Shown here: positions 19,844 through 29,045 of the stretch, piece by piece | Layout: every line of letters starts with the position of its first letter | Numbering within the stretch: the stretch's first letter is position 1 | Assembly (NCBI GenBank): GCA_946491665.1 | Contig: CAMLYL010000002.1 | Coordinates: 16,253 to 80,252, forward strand | Reading direction: 5' to 3' | DNA length: 64,000 nucleotides | Source of the DNA: an uncultured Lachnospiraceae bacterium | Lineage (GTDB): Bacteria > Bacillota > Clostridia > Lachnospirales > Lachnospiraceae | Notes under the pieces: generated by a model | Database searches by the model: none | Told to the model about the DNA's origin: nothing | Seen by the model: only the letters and a program-made list of their open reading frames with translations | Program-made: the position numbers and the translations under genes

Positions 19844-20911
19844 ATGGTCATAAGTAAGAAATGGCCTTTCCGTGCAGCCGTGGGGATAATCCTCACGGTT
19901 GCGCTGGTTCTGGTACCGGGCTGCGGAAAGGATGAACAGAGTATATCAGAAACTGTGGGAGAGAGTGCGAAGACGGATGGGGAAGCAGTGCTTTATCTGA
20001 ACGGCAGCGCTGTTTCAGCGGAAGAGTACGGAATGCTGGCAAAAGAGAACAGCAGTCAGATTTCCATGCAGTATACCACGGATCAGGTAAATCAGGAGGA
20101 TTTCTGGGAGACAGAGATCGATGGGGAAACTCCTTATTCCCATCTTGCAGATCTGGTGGAAGAGCAGCTGAAGGAATATTACGCGCTGAAAGAGCTGGCG
20201 GCGGAGCAGGGTCTGGCGGAGGATTATACCTATGAGGAGCTGATGGATTCCATGAAAGAGGAAAATCAGGAACGGGGAGAATCTTCCAGTGAGGAAATTA
20301 ATTATGGACTGAGCAGTTTTGACGAGGCTTCTTACTATAAATACTGGTATTCCAACCTGGAAACACAGGTGGTTGAGGGGCTGATACAGAATTCTGTGAA
20401 GGTCTCAGAGAAAGACTGCCGGGACTATTATGAGGAAAATCAGGAAGCCTACACCTATGATGTGAGTGTCAGCATTTTATATGGGGAGATTTCCGGCGAT
20501 GAATCAGGCGCATGGAATACTGCCAGACAGTTGTCCGCTGCGCTGGAAAGCGGAGCTTCCACAGCGGAGATCGAAGATGTCCTGGGCGTTTCGCTGGAGG
20601 AACTGGATCTGAATTCCGCTGATACACAGGACGGGCTGAGCGGCGTCTATGCAAACCGCTGGGAGATTGCCTCCGGTCTTCAGGAAGGGGAGGTTTACGG
20701 CCCGTATGAAGACCAGGGAATGTTCTGCGTGATGAAGTGTACCGGACGTCAGGAAAATGAACAGGCGTCATTTGATGAGGTGAAAGACCAGATCGAGCGG
20801 TATCTGCAGGTGCAGGCGGCGCAGGAGATGATCAGAGAAAGAATTGCGGAAATGGATCTGGAGCCCGGTGAGATTTCTGAAAAAGAAGTAATTCTGCAGG
20901 CTGTGCAGTGA
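19844..20911 (+). CDS. SurA/PrsA-like lipoprotein (degenerate peptidyl-prolyl isomerase/foldase)
   Basis: Lipobox LVPGC; LNGSAVSAEEY, VSEKDCRDYYEEN, LQEGEVYGP and SFDEVKDQI segments typical of SurA-N/parvulin scaffolds. Confidence 0.7.
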   Translation: MVISKKWPFRAAVGIILTVALVLVPGCGKDEQSISETVGESAKTDGEAVLYLNGSAVSAEEYGMLAKENSSQISMQYTTDQVNQEDFWETEIDGETPYSHLADLVEEQLKEYYALKELAAEQGLAEDYTYEELMDSMKEENQERGESSSEEINYGLSSFDEASYYKYWYSNLETQVVEGLIQNSVKVSEKDCRDYYEENQEAYTYDVSVSILYGEISGDESGAWNTARQLSAALESGASTAEIEDVLGVSLEELDLNSADTQDGLSGVYANRWEIASGLQEGEVYGPYEDQGMFCVMKCTGRQENEQASFDEVKDQIERYLQVQAAQEMIRERIAEMDLEPGEISEKEVILQAVQ

Positions 20912-20952
20912 CGATTTCCGGGGAATTCCCCGGATTTCCGGAGGATTTTCCG

Positions 20953-20981
20953 TTGCTTTCCAAAAAGATGTGTGTTATACT
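20953..20981 (+). promoter_or_regulatory. SigA-type promoter of scfA
   Basis: TTGCTT-N17-TATACT with TG extension. Confidence 0.6.
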
Positions 20982-21019
20982 TCTGACAGATTAAAACAAG
21001 CAGGAAAGGAGTATTTGTT

Positions 21020-21160
21020 GTGAAACATATTAAGACCTTAAATACAAAGAGATTGCAGAATACTGTAAAGAAGGGCGGCTGCGGTGAATGCCAGACATCC
21101 TGCCAGTCTGCATGCAAGACTTCCTGTACAGTTGGTAATCAGAGCTGCGAGCATAAATAA
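21020..21160 (+). CDS. scfA: SCIFF six-cysteine ranthipeptide precursor (46 aa, absent from ORF track)
   Basis: GTG start after AAGGAG; translates to MKHIKTLNTKRLQNTVKKGGCGECQTSCQSACKTSCTVGNQSCEHK. Confidence 0.97.
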   Translation: MKHIKTLNTKRLQNTVKKGGCGECQTSCQSACKTSCTVGNQSCEHK

Positions 21161-21341
21161 GCTCCGGACATGATATCCTTCCGAAGGGAGGATATCGTAA
21201 CTGAATATGGATTCACTGGGCCGTATGCCAAAAGCATGCGGCTTTCATGTGTGTCGGAAGAACTTATATAATTGATTCAGTACAGGCTGAAGCGTATGAC
21301 GCTGAGGCCGTCAGATTGTTATTTGAAAGAGAGGATGAAGC

Positions 21342-22694
21342 ATGGTTCATCAGTATAAAAACAACGGGTACAATATTGTACTTGATGTGAACAGCGGAGC
21401 CATTCATGTGGTAGATGATGTCACATATGAGATTATAGCCATGTATGAGGATCACTCCAGGGAGGAAATTCTGGACACGCTTTCTTCGAATTATGACAGG
21501 GAGGAGCTTGCCGGAGCTTATGATGAAGTAAAAGAGCTTGCCGATGACGGACAGCTTTTTACAGACGATGAATATGAAGACTACATCATGGATTTCAAAA
21601 AGAGACCGACGGTAGTGAAGGCTCTCTGTTTACATATTGCCCATGACTGTAATCTTGCCTGTCGCTACTGTTTTGCGGAGGAGGGCGAGTATCACGGTCG
21701 CCGGGAGCTGATGAGCTTTGAGGTGGGAAAGCAGGCTCTGGATTTTCTGATTGCCAATTCCGGCCACAGACGGAATCTTGAGGTGGACTTTTTCGGCGGC
21801 GAGCCGCTGATGAACTGGCAGGTTGTGAAGGATCTGGTTGCGTATGGCAGAGAGCAGGAGAAGATTCACGATAAGAATTTCCGTTTTACCCTGACCACCA
21901 ATGGCGTTCTTCTGAATGATGAGGTGATGGAGTTTGCCAACAGAGAGATGGGGAACGTGGTTTTAAGTATTGACGGACGGAAGGAAATTCACGACCATAT
22001 GCGTCCGTTCCGCAATGGAAAAGGAAGCTATGATCTGATTGTTCCGAAGTTTCAGAAGTTTGCGGAGAGCAGAAACCAGGATAAGTATTATGTGAGAGGT
22101 ACATTTACCCATTATAACCTGGATTTTTCTGAGGATGTACTTCATCTGGCGGATCTGGGATTTAAACAGATTTCAGTGGAACCTGTGGTGGCGGAGGATT
22201 CTGAAGGCTATGCGCTGCGGGAAGAAGATCTGCCGAAGCTTTTTGAAGAGTATGATAAGCTGGCCGCAGAGATGGTGAAGCGGAAAAAGGAAGGGAAGGA
22301 TTTCAATTTCTTTCATTTTATGATTGACCTGGAGGGAGGTCCCTGTGTGGCGAAACGTCTGTCTGGCTGCGGCTCCGGAACGGAGTATCTGGCAGTGACG
22401 CCCTGGGGAGATCTGTATCCCTGTCACCAGTTCGTGGGGAATGAAGAGTTTCTGATGGGGAATGTCCGGGATGGCGTGACGCGGACAGATATCCGGGACG
22501 AGTTCAAATGCTGTAACGTCTACGCCAAAGAAAAATGCAGGAGCTGTTTTGCCAGGTTCTATTGCAGCGGCGGCTGCGCAGCCAACTCCTACCATTTTCA
22601 TGGACATATCAATGATGCATACGATATCGGCTGTGAATTAGAAAAGAAGAGAGTCGAGTGTGCGATTATGATTCAGGCGGCAATGGCTGAGTAG
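21342..22694 (+). CDS. scfB: SCIFF radical SAM/SPASM thioether maturase (CteB-like)
   Basis: N-terminal RRE region, CNLACRYC, DFFGGEP, SPASM GCGSG...YPCHQF and CRSC...CSGGC. Confidence 0.95.
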   Translation: MVHQYKNNGYNIVLDVNSGAIHVVDDVTYEIIAMYEDHSREEILDTLSSNYDREELAGAYDEVKELADDGQLFTDDEYEDYIMDFKKRPTVVKALCLHIAHDCNLACRYCFAEEGEYHGRRELMSFEVGKQALDFLIANSGHRRNLEVDFFGGEPLMNWQVVKDLVAYGREQEKIHDKNFRFTLTTNGVLLNDEVMEFANREMGNVVLSIDGRKEIHDHMRPFRNGKGSYDLIVPKFQKFAESRNQDKYYVRGTFTHYNLDFSEDVLHLADLGFKQISVEPVVAEDSEGYALREEDLPKLFEEYDKLAAEMVKRKKEGKDFNFFHFMIDLEGGPCVAKRLSGCGSGTEYLAVTPWGDLYPCHQFVGNEEFLMGNVRDGVTRTDIRDEFKCCNVYAKEKCRSCFARFYCSGGCAANSYHFHGHINDAYDIGCELEKKRVECAIMIQAAMAE

Positions 22695-22711
22695 AGTTGG
22701 AGGAATTGAAA

Positions 22712-24931
22712 ATGAAGAAAGCAAAATCAGTAATAGCGTTTCTGATATTTATTGTGATTGTACTATTGCTGGGATGGTATTCCTATGGAATCGTACGTGG
22801 AACTGTGGATAAAGACAGCGACAGGGGCATTCATCTGGGACTGGATCTGGCCGGAGGCGTCAGTATCACCTATCAGGTAGCCGGTGATGAGACTCCTTCC
22901 TCAGAGGATATGTCGGATACGGTTTACCAGCTGCAGCAGCGTGTCAGCGCTTATGACACGGAGGCTACTGTATATCAGGTGGGTGATGACCGTATCACAG
23001 TCGAAATTCCGGGCGTATCTGACGCCAATCAGATCCTGTCTGAACTGGGAACGCCGGGTTCCCTGGAGTTCCAGACTGTGGATGGCGAAGTATATATGAC
23101 CGGTGACGATGTGGTAGACGCCCAGGCGGTGACTCAGCAGGATCAGACAACCGGTCAGACACAATACTGCGTACAGCTGACTCTGTCAGAAGAGGGCGCG
23201 GAGATTTTTTCGCAGTATACGGGAGATAATGTGGGAAGTTATCTGCCGATTTATTATGATGGAGAGTGTATCACCTATCCTCAGGTAAATAATCAGATTA
23301 CAGACGGCGTTGCGATTATCACAGGCATGGAAAGCTTTGAGGAGGCTGAGGTGCTGGCAACCCAGATTCGCAGCGGCGCTCTGAAGGTGGAGCTGGAAGA
23401 GCTGCAGTCGGAAGTAGTAGGCGCTCAGCTTGGTTCCCAGGCGATTACCTCCAGTATTCTGGCGGCGGTAATCGGACTGCTGATTATTATTGTGTTTATG
23501 ATTGCCGTATACCGGATTCCCGGTCTGGCAGCATCCATTGCGCTGCTGATTTACACGGGAATTGTTCTGGCAATCCTGCATCTGTATCATATTACGTTGA
23601 CATTGCCGGGTATTGCGGGTATTATTCTTTCCATTGGTATGGCTGTAGATGCCAATGTTATTATTTTCGCCCGTATCCGGGAGGAAATCACGGCTGGAAA
23701 GTCAGTGAACACGGCGATTACTACCGGTTACAAAAAGGCATTTTCCGCTATCCTGGACGGAAATGTGACGACTCTGATTGCGGCTGCCGTGTTAGGAATC
23801 CGGGGATCCGGTACAGTCCGGGGATTTGCAGTCACACTGGCCATCGGTATCGTATTTTCCATGTTTACGGCTTTAGGTGTTACCAGATGGCTGATGCGGG
23901 CGCTGTACGGCATGGGCTTCCAGGGGAAGAAATGCTATGGCGAGAAGAAGGAGAGAAAGCCTCTCAATTTTGTTGGAAAACGTTTTATCTGTATCGGTAT
24001 TTCCGCAGCTGTGATTGTGGCCGGTTTTGTGGGTATGGGCGCATACAGGGCAACTACCGGACAGGGACTGAACTACAGTCTTGAGTTTGTGGGCGGTACA
24101 TCAACTACGGTAACCTTTGATACGGATTATACCATTGAGGAAATTGATGAAGAAATTGTTCCTTATATTGAAGAGGTTACCGGAGACAGTAATGTCCAGA
24201 CCCAGAAGGTTGCTGACAGCACGGATGTAATCTTTAAGACCAGAACCCTGTCTCTGGAAGAGCGTGAGGCGTTTGCGCAGACGCTGGAAGAGAACTTTAA
24301 TGTGGCTGAGGAGGATATTTCGGAATCCCAGAATATCAGTTCCACCATCAGCAGCGAGATGCGTTCTGACGCTATCTGGGCCGTTGTGATTGCCACCATC
24401 TGTATGCTGATTTACATCTGGTTCCGGTTCAAGGATATCCGGTTCGGCAGCGCCGCGGTGATCTGTCTGGTACATGATGTGCTGATTGTATTTGCATTCT
24501 ATGCACTTTCACGGACAAGTGTCGGCTCCACGTTTATCGCGTGTATGCTGACCCTGGTGGGATATTCCATCAACGCCACCATTGTTATCTTTGACCGTGT
24601 ACGTGAGAATCTGTCCATGCAGACAGGAAACCAGCCTGCAGATCTGAAATATGTGGTAAATGAGAGTATTACCCAGACACTGTCACGAAGTGTGAATACT
24701 TCTCTGACAACATTTATTATGGTATTTATGATATTCATTCTGGGCGTATCTTCTATCCGTGAATTTGCCGGACCGCTGATGGTCGGTATTATCTGCGGCG
24801 GGTACTCTTCGGTATGCCTGGCGGGTCCGATCTGGTATATGTTTAAAAACCGGTCGCTGAAAAAGCAGGCTGCGTCCGTGGAAACGAAGGAAGCGGAAAG
24901 CTCAAAAAGTAAAAAGAAGAAAAAGAAATAA
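22712..24931 (+). CDS. secDF: Fused protein translocase subunit SecDF
   Basis: LGLDLAGG, IGMAVDANVIIFARIREE, SLEFVGG, GYSINATIVIFDRVRE; ATG 22712 follows GGAGG. Confidence 0.95.
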   Translation: MKKAKSVIAFLIFIVIVLLLGWYSYGIVRGTVDKDSDRGIHLGLDLAGGVSITYQVAGDETPSSEDMSDTVYQLQQRVSAYDTEATVYQVGDDRITVEIPGVSDANQILSELGTPGSLEFQTVDGEVYMTGDDVVDAQAVTQQDQTTGQTQYCVQLTLSEEGAEIFSQYTGDNVGSYLPIYYDGECITYPQVNNQITDGVAIITGMESFEEAEVLATQIRSGALKVELEELQSEVVGAQLGSQAITSSILAAVIGLLIIIVFMIAVYRIPGLAASIALLIYTGIVLAILHLYHITLTLPGIAGIILSIGMAVDANVIIFARIREEITAGKSVNTAITTGYKKAFSAILDGNVTTLIAAAVLGIRGSGTVRGFAVTLAIGIVFSMFTALGVTRWLMRALYGMGFQGKKCYGEKKERKPLNFVGKRFICIGISAAVIVAGFVGMGAYRATTGQGLNYSLEFVGGTSTTVTFDTDYTIEEIDEEIVPYIEEVTGDSNVQTQKVADSTDVIFKTRTLSLEEREAFAQTLEENFNVAEEDISESQNISSTISSEMRSDAIWAVVIATICMLIYIWFRFKDIRFGSAAVICLVHDVLIVFAFYALSRTSVGSTFIACMLTLVGYSINATIVIFDRVRENLSMQTGNQPADLKYVVNESITQTLSRSVNTSLTTFIMVFMIFILGVSSIREFAGPLMVGIICGGYSSVCLAGPIWYMFKNRSLKKQAASVETKEAESSKSKKKKKK

Positions 24932-24947
24932 CAGGAATCTATGACGG

Positions 24948-24993
24948 AAAAGGGCCTGTCACACTGAGCAATATCAGTGAGACAGGCCCTTTT
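24948..24993 (+). terminator. Intrinsic terminator after secDF
   Basis: aaaagggcctgtc-acactga...tcagtga-gacaggcccttttt-type long hairpin. Confidence 0.8.
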
Positions 24994-25207
24994 GTTGATG
25001 GATTTTTGACGGATTGCCTGCCCTTACAGAGATGTTACTCCAAAAACACAGTAAAAAGTTATCGGGATACACTATAACTGTCCCTGCGCGCAGCCTGTAT
25101 GCGTCCGGTTATGCAAAAGAACCAGAGGGAAATCCCCCGTGGATCCTGAAAAGTGGATATGGTATCATATGTATATACATGTATCTACAGGATCGGAGGA
25201 GGAGTTT

Positions 25208-28200
25208 ATGAAAACGATTTTTGTTTCCAGTACATTCCGGGACATGCACTATGAGCGGGATATCATTCATGAGAGAGTTACCCCGGCACTGAATCACGCG
25301 GCAAGACAGTATGGGGAGAGCGTGTCTTTTTGCGACCTGCGCTGGGGAGTTAATACCGGTGATCTGGAGAGCGAGGAGGGATCCCGTAAGGTGCTTTCCG
25401 TCTGCATGGAGGAAATCGACCGGTGCAGACCGTACATGCTGGTCATTTTGGGGTATCGTTACGGCTGGATCCCCAGTACAGGCCTGATTGCAAATGCAGC
25501 TGACAGGACCGGCCTTATGATAGATGATCTGGAACAGAGCGTTACTGCTCTGGAGATCGAGTATGGCGCTCTTTCCAACCCGGAACAGATGGAACATACC
25601 CTGTTTTATTTCCGGGAGTTTGAAGATGAAATACCGGAGATTTACCGGTCCGAGGATGATTACCATGCCGAAAAGCTGCATGCGCTTAAGGAACGTATCA
25701 GAAAGCTGGCCGGGGGAAGGCTGAAAACCTATACGCTTGGGTGGGATGGCAGGGAAAACCGTCCCTGTGGTCTGGAAGCTTTTGCAGAAATGGTGGAGTC
25801 GGATCTGAAGGCTTTGATGGAAGCGGAATGGCAGCAGACCGCCGCACTGACTCCTTTCCAGCGGGATCAGCTCAGCCAGTGGGACTATGCCGCCGGGAAG
25901 GTACGGCAGTTCAGCGCCCGGGAAAGCTTTATTACTACATATATAAATAAGCTGGATTATGATACAAATCTCCTGGCGCTCCGGGGGGAGAGCGGTACGG
26001 GAAAATCTACTCTCATGGCCCGGATGGCGTATGCCTTAAAAGAAAGAGGAGATAAGGCACTGCCCATTTTTTGTTCCACTACGCCCTTAAGCAATGATGG
26101 GACAGACCTGATCCGTTATCTGGTTGACTTTCTGGAGACGGAATTAAAAGAACCCCACTTTGCGGATATGGAGCAGGAAGAAAAGACCGGCACAAAGGAA
26201 TGGACGGATCGTCTGGCAGAACTGGCGGAGATCTACAGCAGTCGTGGAGAGAAACGGCTGGTGATCCTGATTGATGCGGTGGACCAGCTTTTTGCGGATG
26301 AGGTTCGGGATCAGCTGCGGTTTATTCCCTACAGTCTGACGAACAGGGTGCAGATGGTGCTTTCCTGCCTTTCGGATTATCATCTGAGCCGTTCTATGGA
26401 CTGCGTGATGGTAGAGCCTTTGGCTGAGGGCAACCGGCCGGAGATCATCCGGGGAATTCTGCGGGCGCAGGGGCGGGAACTGGACGGGCAGGTGATCTCC
26501 GCCATAATTCAGAAGCCTGCCGCCAAAAGCCCGCTGTACTTAAGCCTTCTGATTCAGCGGCTGATCATGATGAATAAGGATGATTTCGAAGATATCTCAG
26601 TCCATGGGGACGGTATGGACGCTATCACCCGGCATCAGACTGAGCTGGTAAAGCGCTGTTCTGATACGCTGGAAGGCGTGTGTGTGGATATTATAGAGGC
26701 AGCATCCGGGCGGCTGGGCGGAGCATTTGTCCGGAAAGCGGTACAGTATCTTGCTGTCAGCCGTCACGGTCTGAGGGAAAGCGACCTGGAAGCCCTGTTG
26801 TCTGTCGGCAATGTCCGGTGGAGCGCCCTTGACTTTGCCCGGTTTGTGCAGTATCTCAGCGCATTTTTCATTCTGCGGGATGACGGCCGCTACGACTTTG
26901 CGCATCAGTCCATACGCAGAGGATTGGAAGGGCAGTGTGAGGATGTGCAGACACTGCACCAGGAGATTCTGGAACACCTGAGCATCCTTGATCCCCATGA
27001 CAGTGTCCGGATGCGTGAATTTGGTTATCATTGTATTCTGGCGGATGATAAGAAAACCTTTGTGGATTATGTGCAGGAGTTTAAGTCTGATCAGGAGATC
27101 ATGTCATTTCTGGCGAAAGACGCCCATGATCTGATGCTGACGGATCATGGCACATGGCTGCAGGAATTGCTCCGAAATGGGATGGAGCTGCAGGCAGGTC
27201 ATCAATTGGTAAATTTTGTCAACCATGAATTGTGGGCTTTATTTGGTGAAAGTCAGTCAGAAATGGAACTGGAATGCAGGATGCTTAAAGCGGGCCTTGC
27301 CTTCGCACAGCAGCTGAATGCCAGAAATAAAACACCTGAAAGTCGCAGGGATCTGTCTGTCAGCTATGACAATGTAGGAGATGTCTATAAGGAGCTAGGA
27401 GGAAGCAGGAACCTGGAGAGGACATTTGCGATGTACCAGAAGAGCCTGGAGTTACGGGAGGATCTGTGCAGAGAGCAAGGTACGGCAGAGAGCCGTAGGG
27501 ACTTATCCATCAGCTATGAAAGAATTGGCGCAATTTATGAGGAACTGGGAGGAAGCGGAAATCTGGAAAAGGCGCTGGTGATGCATCAGAAGAGTCTGGC
27601 GTTACGGGAAGAGCTGTGCAGGAAGCAGGGTACGTCAGAGAGTCGTAGGGATCTGTCCGCTAGCTATAGCAATATAGGAGATATTTATAAGGAGCTGGGA
27701 GGAAGCGAAAATCTGGAGAAGGCGCTTATAATGTATCAGAAGAGTCTGGAGTTGCGGGAGGATCTGTGCAGAGAGCAGGGTACGTCAGAGAGCCGCAGGG
27801 CTCTGTCCGTCAGCTATAGAAGAATCGGCGACATCTATAAGGAACTGGGAGAAAGCGTGAATTTGGAGAGGGCGCTTGCGATGTATCAGAAGAGTCTGGA
27901 GTTATTTGAAGAACTATGCAGAGAGCAGGGGAAGACAGCCAGCCGGAGAGATCTTTCCTTAAGCTATGAAAGAATTGGCAATATTTATGAAGAGATGGGA
28001 GGAAGCGTGAACCTGGAGAAGGCGCTTGCGATGCACCAGAAGAGCCTGGAGTTACGGGAAGAATTGTACAGGGAGCAGGGAACATCAGCCAGCCGTAGGG
28101 ATCTGTCCGTCAGCTATGAAAGAATTGGCGTTATCTATAAGAAGCTGGGAGGAAGCAGGAACTTGGAGAGGGCGCTTGCAATGTATCAGAAGAGCATGAA

Positions 28201-28573
28201 GTTATCAGAAGAACTGTGCAGAGAGCAGGGTACGGCAGTCAGCCGTAGAGATCTGTCTGTCTGTTATGAAAGGATTGGCGATATCTATGAGGGACTGGGA
28301 GGAAGCGGAAATCTGGAGAAGGCGCTTGAAATGTATCGGAAGAGTATGAAGCTATCTGAAGAACTGTCCCGGGAATTAAAAACCTTATCTGCTTATGATG
28401 ATCTGGCGGTCAGTTATTATAGAGTGGGAACGCATCCGGCTACAAAATTTATAAAACGCCGAAAGTATTTAAAACAGTTTCTGAAGTTATCTGAGATGTT
28501 GTTCCAGCAGACGCAAAATGAAAGGTATGAAAAATTCGTATCTGTTGCAAAACGGTGTCTGAATAAAATATGA
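25208..28573 (+). CDS. DUF4062 (TIR-like) - STAND/NACHT-like NTPase - TPR repeat protein
   Basis: IFVSSTFRDMHYERD, CDLRWG, LGYRYGWIP and SVTALEIEYG (DUF4062); GESGTGKS Walker A; LVILIDAVDQL Walker B; SPLYL; C-terminal 50-aa TPRs; ATG 25208 after GGAGGAG. Confidence 0.88.
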   Translation: MKTIFVSSTFRDMHYERDIIHERVTPALNHAARQYGESVSFCDLRWGVNTGDLESEEGSRKVLSVCMEEIDRCRPYMLVILGYRYGWIPSTGLIANAADRTGLMIDDLEQSVTALEIEYGALSNPEQMEHTLFYFREFEDEIPEIYRSEDDYHAEKLHALKERIRKLAGGRLKTYTLGWDGRENRPCGLEAFAEMVESDLKALMEAEWQQTAALTPFQRDQLSQWDYAAGKVRQFSARESFITTYINKLDYDTNLLALRGESGTGKSTLMARMAYALKERGDKALPIFCSTTPLSNDGTDLIRYLVDFLETELKEPHFADMEQEEKTGTKEWTDRLAELAEIYSSRGEKRLVILIDAVDQLFADEVRDQLRFIPYSLTNRVQMVLSCLSDYHLSRSMDCVMVEPLAEGNRPEIIRGILRAQGRELDGQVISAIIQKPAAKSPLYLSLLIQRLIMMNKDDFEDISVHGDGMDAITRHQTELVKRCSDTLEGVCVDIIEAASGRLGGAFVRKAVQYLAVSRHGLRESDLEALLSVGNVRWSALDFARFVQYLSAFFILRDDGRYDFAHQSIRRGLEGQCEDVQTLHQEILEHLSILDPHDSVRMREFGYHCILADDKKTFVDYVQEFKSDQEIMSFLAKDAHDLMLTDHGTWLQELLRNGMELQAGHQLVNFVNHELWALFGESQSEMELECRMLKAGLAFAQQLNARNKTPESRRDLSVSYDNVGDVYKELGGSRNLERTFAMYQKSLELREDLCREQGTAESRRDLSISYERIGAIYEELGGSGNLEKALVMHQKSLALREELCRKQGTSESRRDLSASYSNIGDIYKELGGSENLEKALIMYQKSLELREDLCREQGTSESRRALSVSYRRIGDIYKELGESVNLERALAMYQKSLELFEELCREQGKTASRRDLSLSYERIGNIYEEMGGSVNLEKALAMHQKSLELREELYREQGTSASRRDLSVSYERIGVIYKKLGGSRNLERALAMYQKSMKLSEELCREQGTAVSRRDLSVCYERIGDIYEGLGGSGNLEKALEMYRKSMKLSEELSRELKTLSAYDDLAVSYYRVGTHPATKFIKRRKYLKQFLKLSEMLFQQTQNERYEKFVSVAKRCLNKI
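27341..28390 (+). repeat. Seven tandem 150-bp repeats encoding 50-aa TPR units
   Basis: Units starting ag(t/c)cg at 27341, 27491, 27641, 27791, 27941, 28091, 28241; degenerate eighth at 28391. Confidence 0.95.
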
Positions 28574-29045
28574 ATTATGTGAAGCGGGACAGATAACATA
28601 TAGAGAAGAGACAATCTCAGAAAATTTGGATCTTTTTAAGAACTGAATTTTCCAGTGGATTGTCTCTTCTCTTTTATAATCTTTATTTCAGGGCGCAGAA
28701 TACTCTTGTCTGGATTTTGTGAACTACTCCTTCAGCTAAGTTGTTGTCTGCTCTTTTTTCCTTCGCATTTCTCAATCAGATCTCTTTGGCGTCGGTCCGC
28801 GATCCGATCACAGAATGAAATTTTACAAAAGATTTGTTTTAAGATAATTAGAATTTTACATGAACGGTATAGAATATTTTTATCTGAATACAGACATGAA
28901 AAACGATCTGCCGTATTTTCGTTAAGGAGATAAGTTTGGAGTAAACTTCCAAATTTGCCTTGACGACACAGCTAGTACCCAGGGGTATGCCTTTATAAGC
29001 ACGGTAAATGTGCTGAAAGAGGAAATGCGTCAGAAGGAGGAAAAG

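Noticed and set aside
21020-22694. SCIFF locus as a novel RiPP/bacteriocin cluster
   Set aside because: Well-known, widely conserved clostridial system; no transporter, protease or immunity genes
27341-28390. Regular repeats as a CRISPR array or DGR template/variable repeat
   Set aside because: In-frame 150-bp coding units without unique spacers; no cas or reverse transcriptase gene in the window
28575-29000. Possible gene or CsoR-like operator (tacccaggggta near 28976)
   Set aside because: ORF 28655-28933 lacks an RBS and motifs; the palindrome is short with no cognate regulator or well-spaced promoter
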